This document shows positions 1 to 8,393 of a stretch of 12,416 nt of DNA, piece after piece; position 1 is the stretch's first letter; each line of letters starts with the position of its first letter. Origin of the DNA: Candidatus Hydrothermales bacterium (GTDB lineage: Bacteria; Hydrothermota; Hydrothermia; Hydrothermales; JAJRUZ01); contig JBCNUW010000032.1 of assembly GCA_039630575.1 (NCBI GenBank), forward strand, positions 1-12,416. The letters run 5' to 3'. The notes beneath the pieces were generated by a model. It saw only the letters and a program-made list of their open reading frames with translations. It ran no database searches and was not told where the DNA came from. The position numbers and the translations under genes were made by a program.

Positions 1-255
1 TGCTACTTTTAACCCCCTTTGCAAAGCATAAGTTTTTCCCATATTTCTTTTGTAAGAAACAAGTTTAAGGTAATTCTTTTCTTTAAGGTATTTACCGATC
101 TTTTCTAAAGTAGAATCAGTAGAACCATCATCAATATATATAAATTCCCAATCCTTTATATTAAACTTTTCTATAAACTCATCTATTTCTTTTACTAAAT
201 CGTCAATATTTTCTGACTCATTATATCCAGGTATTAACACACTTACCTTTTTTAT
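1..255 (-). CDS. Glycosyltransferase family 2 protein (polyprenol-phosphate glycosyltransferase/DPM1-like), 5' part only; 3' end lies beyond the window
   Basis: Not in the ORF track. Manual translation of the minus strand from 255 gives (I/M)[84 protein letters not shown], open to position 1. It contains the GT2 motifs 'IPxYNE', 'IDDGSTD' and 'NxGKxxA..G'. The start is ATA (255-253) or GTG (240-238). Confidence 0.93.
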   Translation of the reverse strand, partial: MKKVSVLIPGYNESENIDDLVKEIDEFIEKFNIKDWEFIYIDDGSTDSTLEKIGKYLKEKNYLKLVSYKRNMGKTYALQRGLKVA

Positions 256-1553
256 GGGAAAATTCCCCTCCTTTCAATTGCATCAATAATTCTTGAAATA
301 CCAATAATAAGTGCTGCTGTCCTGAAATCAGTTTTTAACTTTTCTGCTCTTTCTATAACATGATTTAATGCTAACCTTAAAATATCCTCAAGCTTCTCAA
401 ATATTTCCTTTTCCTTCCAAAAATAAAATTGAAGATCCTGAACCCATTCAAAGTAAGAAACAATAACACCTCCAGAGTTAGCAAGAATATCCGGAAGTAT
501 ATAAGCTCCCTTTTCATTTAAGATATCCTCAGCTTCTGGAGTTACAGGCCCATTTGCTCCCTCCACTATTAAAAATGCCTTAATAGAGGATGCATTATTT
601 TCAGTAATCTGCCTCTCTAAAGCTGCCGGAATGAGTATATCAACATCTAATTCAAAAAGTTCCCTATTTTCTATAAAATCCCCCTCCCCCTTTATTTCCT
701 TCAAGAACTTCTTTTCCTCTATTAACTTTAATATTCTTTTAATTTCTAATCCCTTTTCATTATATATACCACCAGATACATCTGTAACAGCACAGACTTT
801 TGCTCCTGCTTCGTAAAACGATAATGCAGCAATTGAACCTACATTTCCAAAACCCTGAATGGCTATTTTCTGTTTTTCCAAATCTTTGTTTTTTAATTTC
901 AAAAATTCCTTTGTAACAAAAAATACACCTTTACCTGTTGCTTCTCTTCTTCCAACTGAACCACCAAGAGAAACTGATTTGCCAGTTACTATACTTGGTG
1001 TTGTAAATCCTTGAAACATAGAGTAAGTATCCATAATAATATCCATTATCATATCGTTAGTGTTAACATCAGGAGCAGGTACATCCTTATATGGACCTAT
1101 CAGTGGCAATATACCAGATGTGTACCTTCTTGTTAATCTCACAAGTTCTCCATGAGAAAGCAAGAAAGGATCAGCTTTTACTCCACCTTTTCCACCACCA
1201 AAGGGTAAATTTACGAGTGCATTTTTGAAACTCATCCAAGCTGCAAGGGCAGCAACCTCGTCAAGAGTAACTTCAGGATGGTATCTAATACCTCCCTTTG
1301 CTGGTCCCCTTGCTGTTGAATGCTGTACCCTATAACCAGCAAAACATTTTATACTTCCATCATCCATAACAACAGGTATTGAAACCCTTAAGACCCTCTC
1401 AGGTTCAAGAACTGTTTCAAAGTATTTTTCATTCAACTTGCCGATTTCGAATGCTTTTTCAACCTGCTGGGCGACCATTTTAAAAACTGGCCCCCAGACT
1501 TCGTCTTTACCGATTCCTTCTAATAAGCTTCTTTTACCTGTTTTGGTATCCAT
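252..1553 (-). CDS. gdhA: Glu/Leu/Phe/Val dehydrogenase, most likely glutamate dehydrogenase
   Basis: Motifs [31 protein letters not shown] (catalytic Lys), DVPAPD, GRREATG, Rossmann QGFGNVG, EGANGP and [14 protein letters not shown]. The start at 1553 overlaps the upstream gene by 34 nt; the ATG at 1478 is an alternative start. Confidence 0.95.
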   Translation of the reverse strand: MDTKTGKRSLLEGIGKDEVWGPVFKMVAQQVEKAFEIGKLNEKYFETVLEPERVLRVSIPVVMDDGSIKCFAGYRVQHSTARGPAKGGIRYHPEVTLDEVAALAAWMSFKNALVNLPFGGGKGGVKADPFLLSHGELVRLTRRYTSGILPLIGPYKDVPAPDVNTNDMIMDIIMDTYSMFQGFTTPSIVTGKSVSLGGSVGRREATGKGVFFVTKEFLKLKNKDLEKQKIAIQGFGNVGSIAALSFYEAGAKVCAVTDVSGGIYNEKGLEIKRILKLIEEKKFLKEIKGEGDFIENRELFELDVDILIPAALERQITENNASSIKAFLIVEGANGPVTPEAEDILNEKGAYILPDILANSGGVIVSYFEWVQDLQFYFWKEKEIFEKLEDILRLALNHVIERAEKLKTDFRTAALIIGISRIIDAIERRGIFP

Positions 1554-2929
1554 TCCTTGTAAAATTCCTCTAAAAATTTTCTTTTTATTTTTGATAACTC
1601 AGTTTTGGGGATCATACCCATTAGATTCCATCCTATTTCTAAGGTCTCTTCTATTGTTCTCTCTCTATTCTGCTGATTTAACATAACCCTTTCAAATTCA
1701 TCAGCAAATTTTAAATACTTTTTATCAATTTCACTTAGAGCATCTTCACCTACTATGGCTACTAATCTTCTTAAATCCTTACCTCTTGCATAGCAAGCAT
1801 AGAGCTGATCTTTCCACTCTCTATGATAAGATGTCGTTTTACCCTCCCCAATTCCTAAATTCATTAGCCTTGATAAGCTCATTAAGATATCAATAGGTGG
1901 AAAAATTCCCTTTCTGTGAAGTTCTCTTGAAAGTACTATCTGACCTTCTGTTATATAACCTGTTAAATCTGGAATTGGGTGTGTAATATCATCATCTGGC
2001 ATTGTAAGAATTGGAATCTGAGTTATTGATCCTTTTTTACCCTTTATTCTACCTGTTCTCTCATACATTGTAGCTAAGTCGGTATACATATAACCAGGAT
2101 AACCCCTCCTGCCCGGGACTTCCTCTCTTGCTGCACCTATCTCCCTTAAAGCTTCACAGTAATTTGTCATATCTGATAATATTACAAGAACATGAAAGTC
2201 AAGTTCAAAGGCAAAATACTCTGCCACAGTAAGAGCAAACCTAGGAGTTAATAATCTCTCTACAGCAGGATCATCAGCCAAATTTACAAAAGCTACTATT
2301 CTACCAAGTGCTCCGCTTTCCTTAAATTCTTTCATAAAATAGGAGTATTCCCTTGAAGTTAAACCCATTGCCGCAAAAACAATTAAAAACTCTTCTCCCT
2401 CACCCCTTACCTTTGCATACTTCATAATCATTGCTGCAATCTCATTGGCTGGAAGCCCAGCACCTGAAAAAATTGGTAACTTCTGCCCTCTAACAAGTGT
2501 ATTAAAACCATCAATTGCTGAAATACCTGTTTGAATAAAATCAGAAGGCTTATCCCTTGCTATTGGATTTATTGCTGCTCCAACTATCGGTAACCTCTTT
2601 TCAGGAGTAGGAAAAGGAAGACCATCAATCGGCTCACCCCTTCCATTAAATATTCTTCCAATTAACTCCCTCGAAACACCTATATGAACCTGATCCTCTA
2701 AAAACCTAACCCTTGTTGTAGCTACATCAAGACCTAATGTTCCTTCAAGAACCTGAATTACTGCATATTTATCTGAGACTTCAAGCACTTGCCCTTTCCT
2801 TCTTGTCTCATCAGGCATCAAAATTTCAACAAGTGCTGCATAAGAGAAATCTCTTGCTCCCTCTACGAATAGAAGAGGACCGGAGATATAACTTACAGTC
2901 TGGTATTCCTTGGTGTATAGTTTACTCAT
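1520..2929 (-). CDS. atpB: V/A-type ATP synthase subunit B (non-catalytic)
   Basis: Motifs [93 protein letters not shown] and SLSRLM. From memory it closely resembles Thermus-type V-ATPase B. It lacks a canonical GxxxxGKT P-loop, as expected for subunit B. SD GGGAGG at 2944-2939. Confidence 0.97.
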   Translation of the reverse strand: MSKLYTKEYQTVSYISGPLLFVEGARDFSYAALVEILMPDETRRKGQVLEVSDKYAVIQVLEGTLGLDVATTRVRFLEDQVHIGVSRELIGRIFNGRGEPIDGLPFPTPEKRLPIVGAAINPIARDKPSDFIQTGISAIDGFNTLVRGQKLPIFSGAGLPANEIAAMIMKYAKVRGEGEEFLIVFAAMGLTSREYSYFMKEFKESGALGRIVAFVNLADDPAVERLLTPRFALTVAEYFAFELDFHVLVILSDMTNYCEALREIGAAREEVPGRRGYPGYMYTDLATMYERTGRIKGKKGSITQIPILTMPDDDITHPIPDLTGYITEGQIVLSRELHRKGIFPPIDILMSLSRLMNLGIGEGKTTSYHREWKDQLYACYARGKDLRRLVAIVGEDALSEIDKKYLKFADEFERVMLNQQNRERTIEETLEIGWNLMGMIPKTELSKIKRKFLEEFYKEWIPKQVKEAY

Positions 2930-2948
2930 TTTATTTTTCCTCCCAATT

Positions 2949-2976
2949 TTATCAACTTTAAACTTTTAATTATAAT
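2949..2976. promoter_or_regulatory. Putative bidirectional sigma70-type promoter in the 63-bp divergent spacer
   Basis: The palindrome ATTATAAT (2969-2976) gives TATAAT on + (2971-2976) and on - (2974-2969). A weak -35 TTATCA lies at 2949-2954 (16-bp spacer) on +. The AT-rich background lowers specificity. Confidence 0.45.
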
Positions 2977-2992
2977 AAAAAGTATAAATAAA

Positions 2993-4144
2993 ATGAAAAT
3001 AAAAGCTGCCTTTGTAACAGGATCAAGAGCTGAATATGGACTTTTGTACCCTGTTTTAAAAACATTTAGTAGATCAAAGGAATTTGATTTTTATCTAATA
3101 GTAACTGGGTTACATCTTTCTCCTTTCTTTGGACTTACAAAGTTAAACATCATAAAGGATGGATTCAAAATAGACTATGAAGTTCCCTTCCACCTTGATT
3201 CAGATCTTACGGAATCTTTTCCAATTTCTTTAGGTCAAGGAATAATCCAATTTGTTAATGTTTTTAAAAATATAAAGCCCCATATCGTTTTTGTTCTCGG
3301 AGATCGTATAGAAATACTCGCCGCTTCCCTTTCTTCAGTTTTTCTTAAAATTCCCGTTGCCCATATTCACGGTGGTGATAAAACATCTTTTCAAATTCCT
3401 GACACCTACATCAGACATGTTGTTTCAAAACTTTCTCATATCCATTTTCCTGCTACATCTAAAAGTAAAAAAAATTTAATAAAAATGGGTGAAGATAAAA
3501 AAAGAATTTTTGTTGTTGGAAATTTAGGTATTTACTCACTTCCAACTTATGAGATTCCTGATTACACTTTAATTAAAAAAAAGTACGATTTGTTTGATAA
3601 AAAAGATTTCGTTTTATTAATTTATCACCCATTACCATTTGAAAGAGAAAACTCGATAGAGGAATTAAAATCAATTTTAAAAGCCCTTTATGAATTTAAT
3701 CTTAAAACATTAGCAATTGCTCCGAACAATGATCCAGGTGGAAGAGAAATTTTTAATATTTTACTTAAGGAAAAAGAAATGAAAAGAATTTTACTTTATT
3801 CTAATTTCCCCTATTTAGAATATATCTCTATAATGAAAAATTCAAAATTTATTATCGGTAACTCTTCAAGTGCACTCTATGAAGCAGGTCTTTTTAAAGT
3901 TCCTGTAATAAATGTAGGTAAAAGACAAAGCTTAAGAGAAAGGGGTGGTTATATTTACAACGCAAGTACCTTTGAAGAGATAAAAGAATCTATTTCTAAT
4001 TTGTTAAGTAATAAATTGCCTATATTTATGACCTTACCCTTTAAAAGAATAAGAGGAGATTTGATAATAAAAAAAGTAATTATTAATCTTTTCAGAAAAT
4101 ATTCTATGGAGGAAATCTTTAATAAGAATCTTTCAATTAAATGA
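2993..4144 (+). CDS. neuC: UDP/GDP-N-acetylglucosamine (or diacetylbacillosamine) 2-epimerase, hydrolysing, NeuC/LegG family
   Basis: Motifs TGSRAEYGLL, LIVTGLHLSPFFGLT, VLGDRIE, IPVAHIHGG, RHVVSKLSHIHF, IGNSSS, EA...VPVINVGKRQ..RERG. These match the hydrolysing NeuC clade rather than the non-hydrolysing WecB clade (GTRPE, HVEAG, DSGG). Confidence 0.9.
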   Translation: MKIKAAFVTGSRAEYGLLYPVLKTFSRSKEFDFYLIVTGLHLSPFFGLTKLNIIKDGFKIDYEVPFHLDSDLTESFPISLGQGIIQFVNVFKNIKPHIVFVLGDRIEILAASLSSVFLKIPVAHIHGGDKTSFQIPDTYIRHVVSKLSHIHFPATSKSKKNLIKMGEDKKRIFVVGNLGIYSLPTYEIPDYTLIKKKYDLFDKKDFVLLIYHPLPFERENSIEELKSILKALYEFNLKTLAIAPNNDPGGREIFNILLKEKEMKRILLYSNFPYLEYISIMKNSKFIIGNSSSALYEAGLFKVPVINVGKRQSLRERGGYIYNASTFEEIKESISNLLSNKLPIFMTLPFKRIRGDLIIKKVIINLFRKYSMEEIFNKNLSIK

Positions 4145-5166
4145 AAGTTGTAAAAGAAAAAAAAGAATGGGAAAGGATTTTAAAACTTTTTGAACCCTCA
4201 GATATTTTCTATACTTACGATTTCATAGAAGCAAACTGCCAAATTGAGAAAGGGGTTCCTGAAGCTATTTTTTATGAAGGAGATGAGGGTATTTTTTTCT
4301 ATCCCTATATTAAAAGAAGTTTGAATGATCTTATTTATGTTCCAGATAAATTTAGAGAGTATTTTGATATCACATCTCCCTACGGTGTAGGAGGTCCTTT
4401 ACTTGTTGGAAAAATTAAGAATTTATCAAAAATGATAGAAGATTTTTTCAAAGATTCAAAAGTTATTTCTGAATTTGTAAGATTTCACCCTCTAATTGAA
4501 AATTATAAAAATTTTGAAGGAATTTATACTTTAATAAAGGTCTCAAGTATAGTTTATGTTGATTTTTTAGATTTTAAAGGTGAGGAAGAAATGTTCAAAA
4601 GTTTAAGAGAAAATCACAGAAGGAATATAAATTATGCAATTCGAGAAAGTTTTGAAATTAAAATAAATTATCCAGAGAATTTCTATGAACTTTTTTATGA
4701 TAAATATATTGAAACAATGAGAAATAAAATGGCTGAAAAAAGACACTTTTTCCCAAAATCCTTTTTTGAAAAAATTAAAAATATAAACGGTGTAGAGTTT
4801 TGGTTACTTTTTAAAGATGGTTTATTTATAACAGGTGATATTTTTCTAAAAAAATATCCCTATTCCAGTTATTTTCTCGGATCAGGTTTTTCATCAAAAC
4901 TAAAGGGTTTGAATCACTTTTTAATTTACTCCTTTATGAAAGATGTTTTTAGAAAAAATTTTAGATTCCTTATGCTTGGTGGAGGAGTTGGTAAAGATGA
5001 CTCCCTTTTCCATTTTAAATTGGGTTTTTCAAGAAGAATAAAAAATTATTTTATATCAAAAAAAATTTATTTTGAAAAAATTTATAATGAACTTGTAGAG
5101 GAATTTATAAAATTCAAAAAAATTAAGGAAAAACCTTTATTATTTCCACAATACAGAGATATATGA
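4141..5166 (+). CDS. FemAB/FemX-like GNAT-fold transferase (paralog 1)
   Basis: About 340 aa with DITSPYGVGG, SEFVRFHP, RRNINYA, FY..YIETM....A....FFP, LGGG...DSLFHFKLGFS and C-terminal FPQYR. This is the signature of the FemAB-like/Acetyltransf_6 proteins common in surface-glycan loci. ATGA overlap with neuC. Confidence 0.8.
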   Translation: MKVVKEKKEWERILKLFEPSDIFYTYDFIEANCQIEKGVPEAIFYEGDEGIFFYPYIKRSLNDLIYVPDKFREYFDITSPYGVGGPLLVGKIKNLSKMIEDFFKDSKVISEFVRFHPLIENYKNFEGIYTLIKVSSIVYVDFLDFKGEEEMFKSLRENHRRNINYAIRESFEIKINYPENFYELFYDKYIETMRNKMAEKRHFFPKSFFEKIKNINGVEFWLLFKDGLFITGDIFLKKYPYSSYFLGSGFSSKLKGLNHFLIYSFMKDVFRKNFRFLMLGGGVGKDDSLFHFKLGFSRRIKNYFISKKIYFEKIYNELVEEFIKFKKIKEKPLLFPQYRDI

Positions 5167-6185
5167 AATTAGGTAGCTTAAAGATTTTTGAATTAAGTGA
5201 ATTTAAAAGAGAAATCTTAAATGAATTTCATAACATGGATATCTTTTTTTTGCCCGAATATGTTATGATTTTTGAGAAATTTTATAATGAAAAGGGGTTT
5301 TATGCCTATTATGAAATAAATGGTTCAAAGCTTTTAAAGCCGTTTATTAAACTAAAAATCAATAATAAAAACTACTATGATATTGTCACTCCTTATGGAG
5401 TAGGTGGTTTTATATTTGAAATTAAAAATATTAGTTTAAAAGATCTTTTTAAAAAATTCTATAAAGATTTTTCAACCTATTTATATTCAGAAAATGTTAT
5501 TTCGGAATTTACAAGAATTCATCCCTTTTTTTATAGTGAAGATATGAAACTTGAGAATTTTATTACTAATTTTGTTACTTACTCTGTTTTTATTAAACTT
5601 AACGAAAATTTAAAAATTAGAAAAGGACATTATGCATTAATTAAAAGCGCAAAGAAAAATAAAATAGAAATTAAAGTTTCAAGAGAAAAAAAAGATATTG
5701 AAATATTTTATCATCTTTATATTGAGACAATGAAAAGGAAAAGAGCATCATCCTTTTACTTTTTCCCATTTTCATTTATAGAAGATTTTTTTAAATACTT
5801 TAATGAATCTTATGTTATTGTTGCCTTTTTTAAAGAAAAACCAATTGCTGCTTCTATGTTTTTAGGATATAACAAATTCTTTCATTACTTTCTGTCAGGA
5901 TCTGATTATAACTATAGCAAATATGGTGGATCCCATTTAATTATTTATGAAGCAATAAATTTTGCAAAGAAAAAAGGATTTGAAATACTGCATCTCGGTG
6001 GAGGCATGAAAGGTAAAGATAGTTTATTTTTATTTAAAAGTGGATTCTCGGACTTTTACATGCCATACTATGTCTACGGTGTGATTCACAATGAAAAAAT
6101 TTATTTGGAACTTCTTGAAGAACGAAAAAAAATGGGTCCTTTACCAAGTGAATTTTTCTTTCCTCTTTATAGAGCTCCATTATGA
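5163..6185 (+). CDS. FemAB/FemX-like GNAT-fold transferase (paralog 2)
   Basis: Same motif series: DIVTPYGVGG, SEFTRIHP, FYHLYIETMKRKRASSFYFFP, HYFLSGS, LHLGGG..GKDSLFLFKSGFS, FFPLYR. ATGA overlap with paralog 1. Confidence 0.82.
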   Translation: MKLGSLKIFELSEFKREILNEFHNMDIFFLPEYVMIFEKFYNEKGFYAYYEINGSKLLKPFIKLKINNKNYYDIVTPYGVGGFIFEIKNISLKDLFKKFYKDFSTYLYSENVISEFTRIHPFFYSEDMKLENFITNFVTYSVFIKLNENLKIRKGHYALIKSAKKNKIEIKVSREKKDIEIFYHLYIETMKRKRASSFYFFPFSFIEDFFKYFNESYVIVAFFKEKPIAASMFLGYNKFFHYFLSGSDYNYSKYGGSHLIIYEAINFAKKKGFEILHLGGGMKGKDSLFLFKSGFSDFYMPYYVYGVIHNEKIYLELLEERKKMGPLPSEFFFPLYRAPL

Positions 6186-7033
6186 AAGAGGAAAAAATAA
6201 AAGAGGAAATTTATAAAAAAATAAAAGAGATAACAGAAAAAAATGAAGACTGGGCAAAACTTTCAATACCTGATTGGGAAAAAGGAGGAAAAGAAAAATA
6301 TATTAGCTTAAAAGCTGACACAAAAAGATCATACGCCTATTTTGTTGATTATCTTGATAAATTATTTAATTTAAAAAATAAAAAAGTTTTAGATCTTGGA
6401 TGTGGTTTTGGAAACAATACCTTTTTAATTTATGAAAAAAATGCCAAGGTTTTTGCTGTAGATATAGAAAAGGATTTTGTTTATGTTGTTAATCTTAAAA
6501 GGAAATTAACTGGCTATAAAATCTATACTGTTGTTGGAGATGGTCTCAGTCTTCCATTTAAAGATAATTCTTTTGATTTAGTAATCTGTACCCACACACT
6601 TGAGCATATTAAAGATCCCTTTTTGCTTTTAAGGGAAATGAAAAGAGTTTTAAGAAATAGAGGGATACTTTACCTTTCGATCCCTAATTATCTTTTTCCT
6701 TTTGAGCCCCATTTCAGAGTTATTCTGTTGCCGTATCTTTCTAAAAAATTTTCAAAAGTTCTTTTAAAAAGTTTTTTTTATAAAAAAAGACTTAAAAAAA
6801 TAAATAAAAGATGGGAAGATATACCTTTTCTTGAAAATTTTTTGTATGAATTAAATTTTATAAAATATTTTGATTTAGAAAAATTAATAAAAAGAGTGGG
6901 TTTTAAAATTTATAAAAAAAATTTTGTTTTTAAAGAAGAATTTAGACCCTCTAAAAAGTTAATTTTTAAAAAAATTTTAAAATCTCTTAAATTTTTTCCA
7001 TTTGAATCCAGATTTATAGCAGTAAAAATTTAA
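6182..7033 (+). CDS. Class I SAM-dependent methyltransferase (Methyltransf_11-like)
   Basis: Motif I VLDLGCGFG, acidic VDIE, GDGLSLPFKDNSFDLV, TLEHIKDP, EMKRVLRNRG, then PN...FEPH. ATGA overlap with the upstream gene. Confidence 0.9.
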   Translation: MKEEKIKEEIYKKIKEITEKNEDWAKLSIPDWEKGGKEKYISLKADTKRSYAYFVDYLDKLFNLKNKKVLDLGCGFGNNTFLIYEKNAKVFAVDIEKDFVYVVNLKRKLTGYKIYTVVGDGLSLPFKDNSFDLVICTHTLEHIKDPFLLLREMKRVLRNRGILYLSIPNYLFPFEPHFRVILLPYLSKKFSKVLLKSFFYKKRLKKINKRWEDIPFLENFLYELNFIKYFDLEKLIKRVGFKIYKKNFVFKEEFRPSKKLIFKKILKSLKFFPFESRFIAVKI

Positions 7034-7040
7034 AATTCTT

Positions 7041-8393
7041 CTAAGTATTTATACTATATTTTTTTATCTTTTTATATAAAGATTTCCGAGATATACCTAA
7101 GATTTTGCTTGCCTTTGAGATGTTACCTTCTGTAAACTTTAAAGAATTTTCAATTATCTCTCTTTCAATTCTTTCGATTTCCTCTTCTAAAATATCTTTT
7201 AATTTGCCAATTTTTGGCTCCTTTCTATTTTCTTCGGTTTTTTCTATAAAAAGATCTTCCCTTCTTATAATACCATCAGAACTTAAAATTGCTGCCCTTT
7301 CAAGTATATTTTCAAGCTCTCTTATATTTCCCGGATAATCATAAGAAATTAAAATTCCTTTTGCCTCCTTACTTAATGTTAATTTTTTACCAAATTTTCT
7401 TCCAATTTTTTTTATAAAATTTTCTGATATTAAAAGTATATCATCTTTTCTTTCTCTTAAAGGGGGAAGAACTATCGGAAATACAGAGATTCTGTAATAA
7501 AGATCCTCTCTAAAAAGTCCTTTTTTTACAAGTTCCCTTAAATCTCGGTTTGTAGCTGCTATTATCCTGGTATTTATTACTATTTTTTTTGTTCCTCCTA
7601 ACCTCTCAATTTCTTTATTTTCAATTGCTCTTAAAAGTTTTGGTTGAAGCTCAAGAGGAAGTTCAGCAATTTCATCAAGAAATAAAGTGCCCCCTTGTGC
7701 TAATTCAAATTTACCAATCTTTGTTTTATAAGCCCCTGTAAAGGCTCCTTTTTCAGAACCAAAAAGCTCATTTTCAAGTAGTTCTTTTGGAATAGCAGCA
7801 CAGTTAATAGCGATAAAGGGACCGTCCCCTCTTTTGGAGTTTAAATGTATATATCTTGCAAAGATTTCTTTACCTGTTCCAGATTCACCAACTAACAAAA
7901 CAGTTGTATCCTCTTTTGCTACTTTTTTAGCCAGTTCAAGAGCCTTTAAAAATTTTTCATTTTTACCTATTATATCAGGTATCTCTCCACTTATCGTTTT
8001 TATAAGTTCTATCTTTTCTTCTTCCTTAATTTTCTCCTCTGTTATTTTTTGTATTAAGATCAGAACTGCTTCTGGATCAAAGGGTTTTGTCAAATAATAG
8101 TAAGCTCCTTCCTTTATTGCCTCTACTGCATTTTCTATTGATCCATAGGCTGTTATCATAATTACATAAATACTTTTATCTTTTTCTTTTATTTTCTTTA
8201 AAATAGTTATTCCATCGTATTTTTTTAATTTATAATCAAGTAAAACAAGGTCAGGTTTTTCTGATTCAAGATTTTTTAAGAATTCCTCTTCTTCCACAAA
8301 TCCCTCTGTTTGGAATCCCTTTTCATTTAAGAACCTTTCTATCGATTTAACAAAAGTATAGTTATCGTCTAAAATTAAAATTTTTTTAATCAT
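7041..8393 (-). CDS. Sigma54-dependent Fis/NtrC-family response regulator (PilR/AtoC-like bacterial enhancer-binding protein)
   Basis: Receiver domain (ILDD, LLD phospho-acceptor, ITAYG, TKPF). AAA+ domain with [14 protein letters not shown], intact [29 protein letters not shown] and PGNIREL. C-terminal Fis HTH ([20 protein letters not shown]). Confidence 0.96.
   Translation of the reverse strand: MIKKILILDDNYTFVKSIERFLNEKGFQTEGFVEEEEFLKNLESEKPDLVLLDYKLKKYDGITILKKIKEKDKSIYVIMITAYGSIENAVEAIKEGAYYYLTKPFDPEAVLILIQKITEEKIKEEEKIELIKTISGEIPDIIGKNEKFLKALELAKKVAKEDTTVLLVGESGTGKEIFARYIHLNSKRGDGPFIAINCAAIPKELLENELFGSEKGAFTGAYKTKIGKFELAQGGTLFLDEIAELPLELQPKLLRAIENKEIERLGGTKKIVINTRIIAATNRDLRELVKKGLFREDLYYRISVFPIVLPPLRERKDDILLISENFIKKIGRKFGKKLTLSKEAKGILISYDYPGNIRELENILERAAILSSDGIIRREDLFIEKTEENRKEPKIGKLKDILEEEIERIEREIIENSLKFTEGNISKASKILGISRKSLYKKIKKYSINT

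Noticed and set aside
631..816. 61-aa plus-strand ORF
   Set aside because: Entirely antisense to gdhA; Ser/Phe-rich shadow translation with no motif.
1438..1686. 82-aa plus-strand hydrophobic ORF
   Set aside because: Antisense to the gdhA/atpB junction; its hydrophobicity is the mirror of Lys/Glu codons on the coding strand.
2737..2961. 74-aa plus-strand ORF
   Set aside because: Antisense to the conserved 5' end of atpB; no recognisable SD or domain.
4141..6185. Peptidoglycan interpeptide-bridge FemA/FemB
   Set aside because: At about 340 aa they are shorter than staphylococcal FemA/B, and the context is sugar biosynthesis rather than mur genes. Not fully excluded.
6772..6788. T8-AT-A7 near-palindrome and other A/T homopolymer runs
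   Set aside because: Inside an intact CDS (Phe-Phe-Tyr-Lys-Lys); such runs are expected at this AT content, and no frameshift is seen.
7034..7040. Expected bidirectional terminator between the convergent genes
   Set aside because: Only 7 bp separate the stop codons and no convincing GC-rich hairpin is visible.
7105..7338. 77-aa plus-strand ORF
   Set aside because: Antisense shadow of the response regulator.
7834..8097. 87-aa plus-strand ORF
   Set aside because: Antisense shadow of the response regulator.
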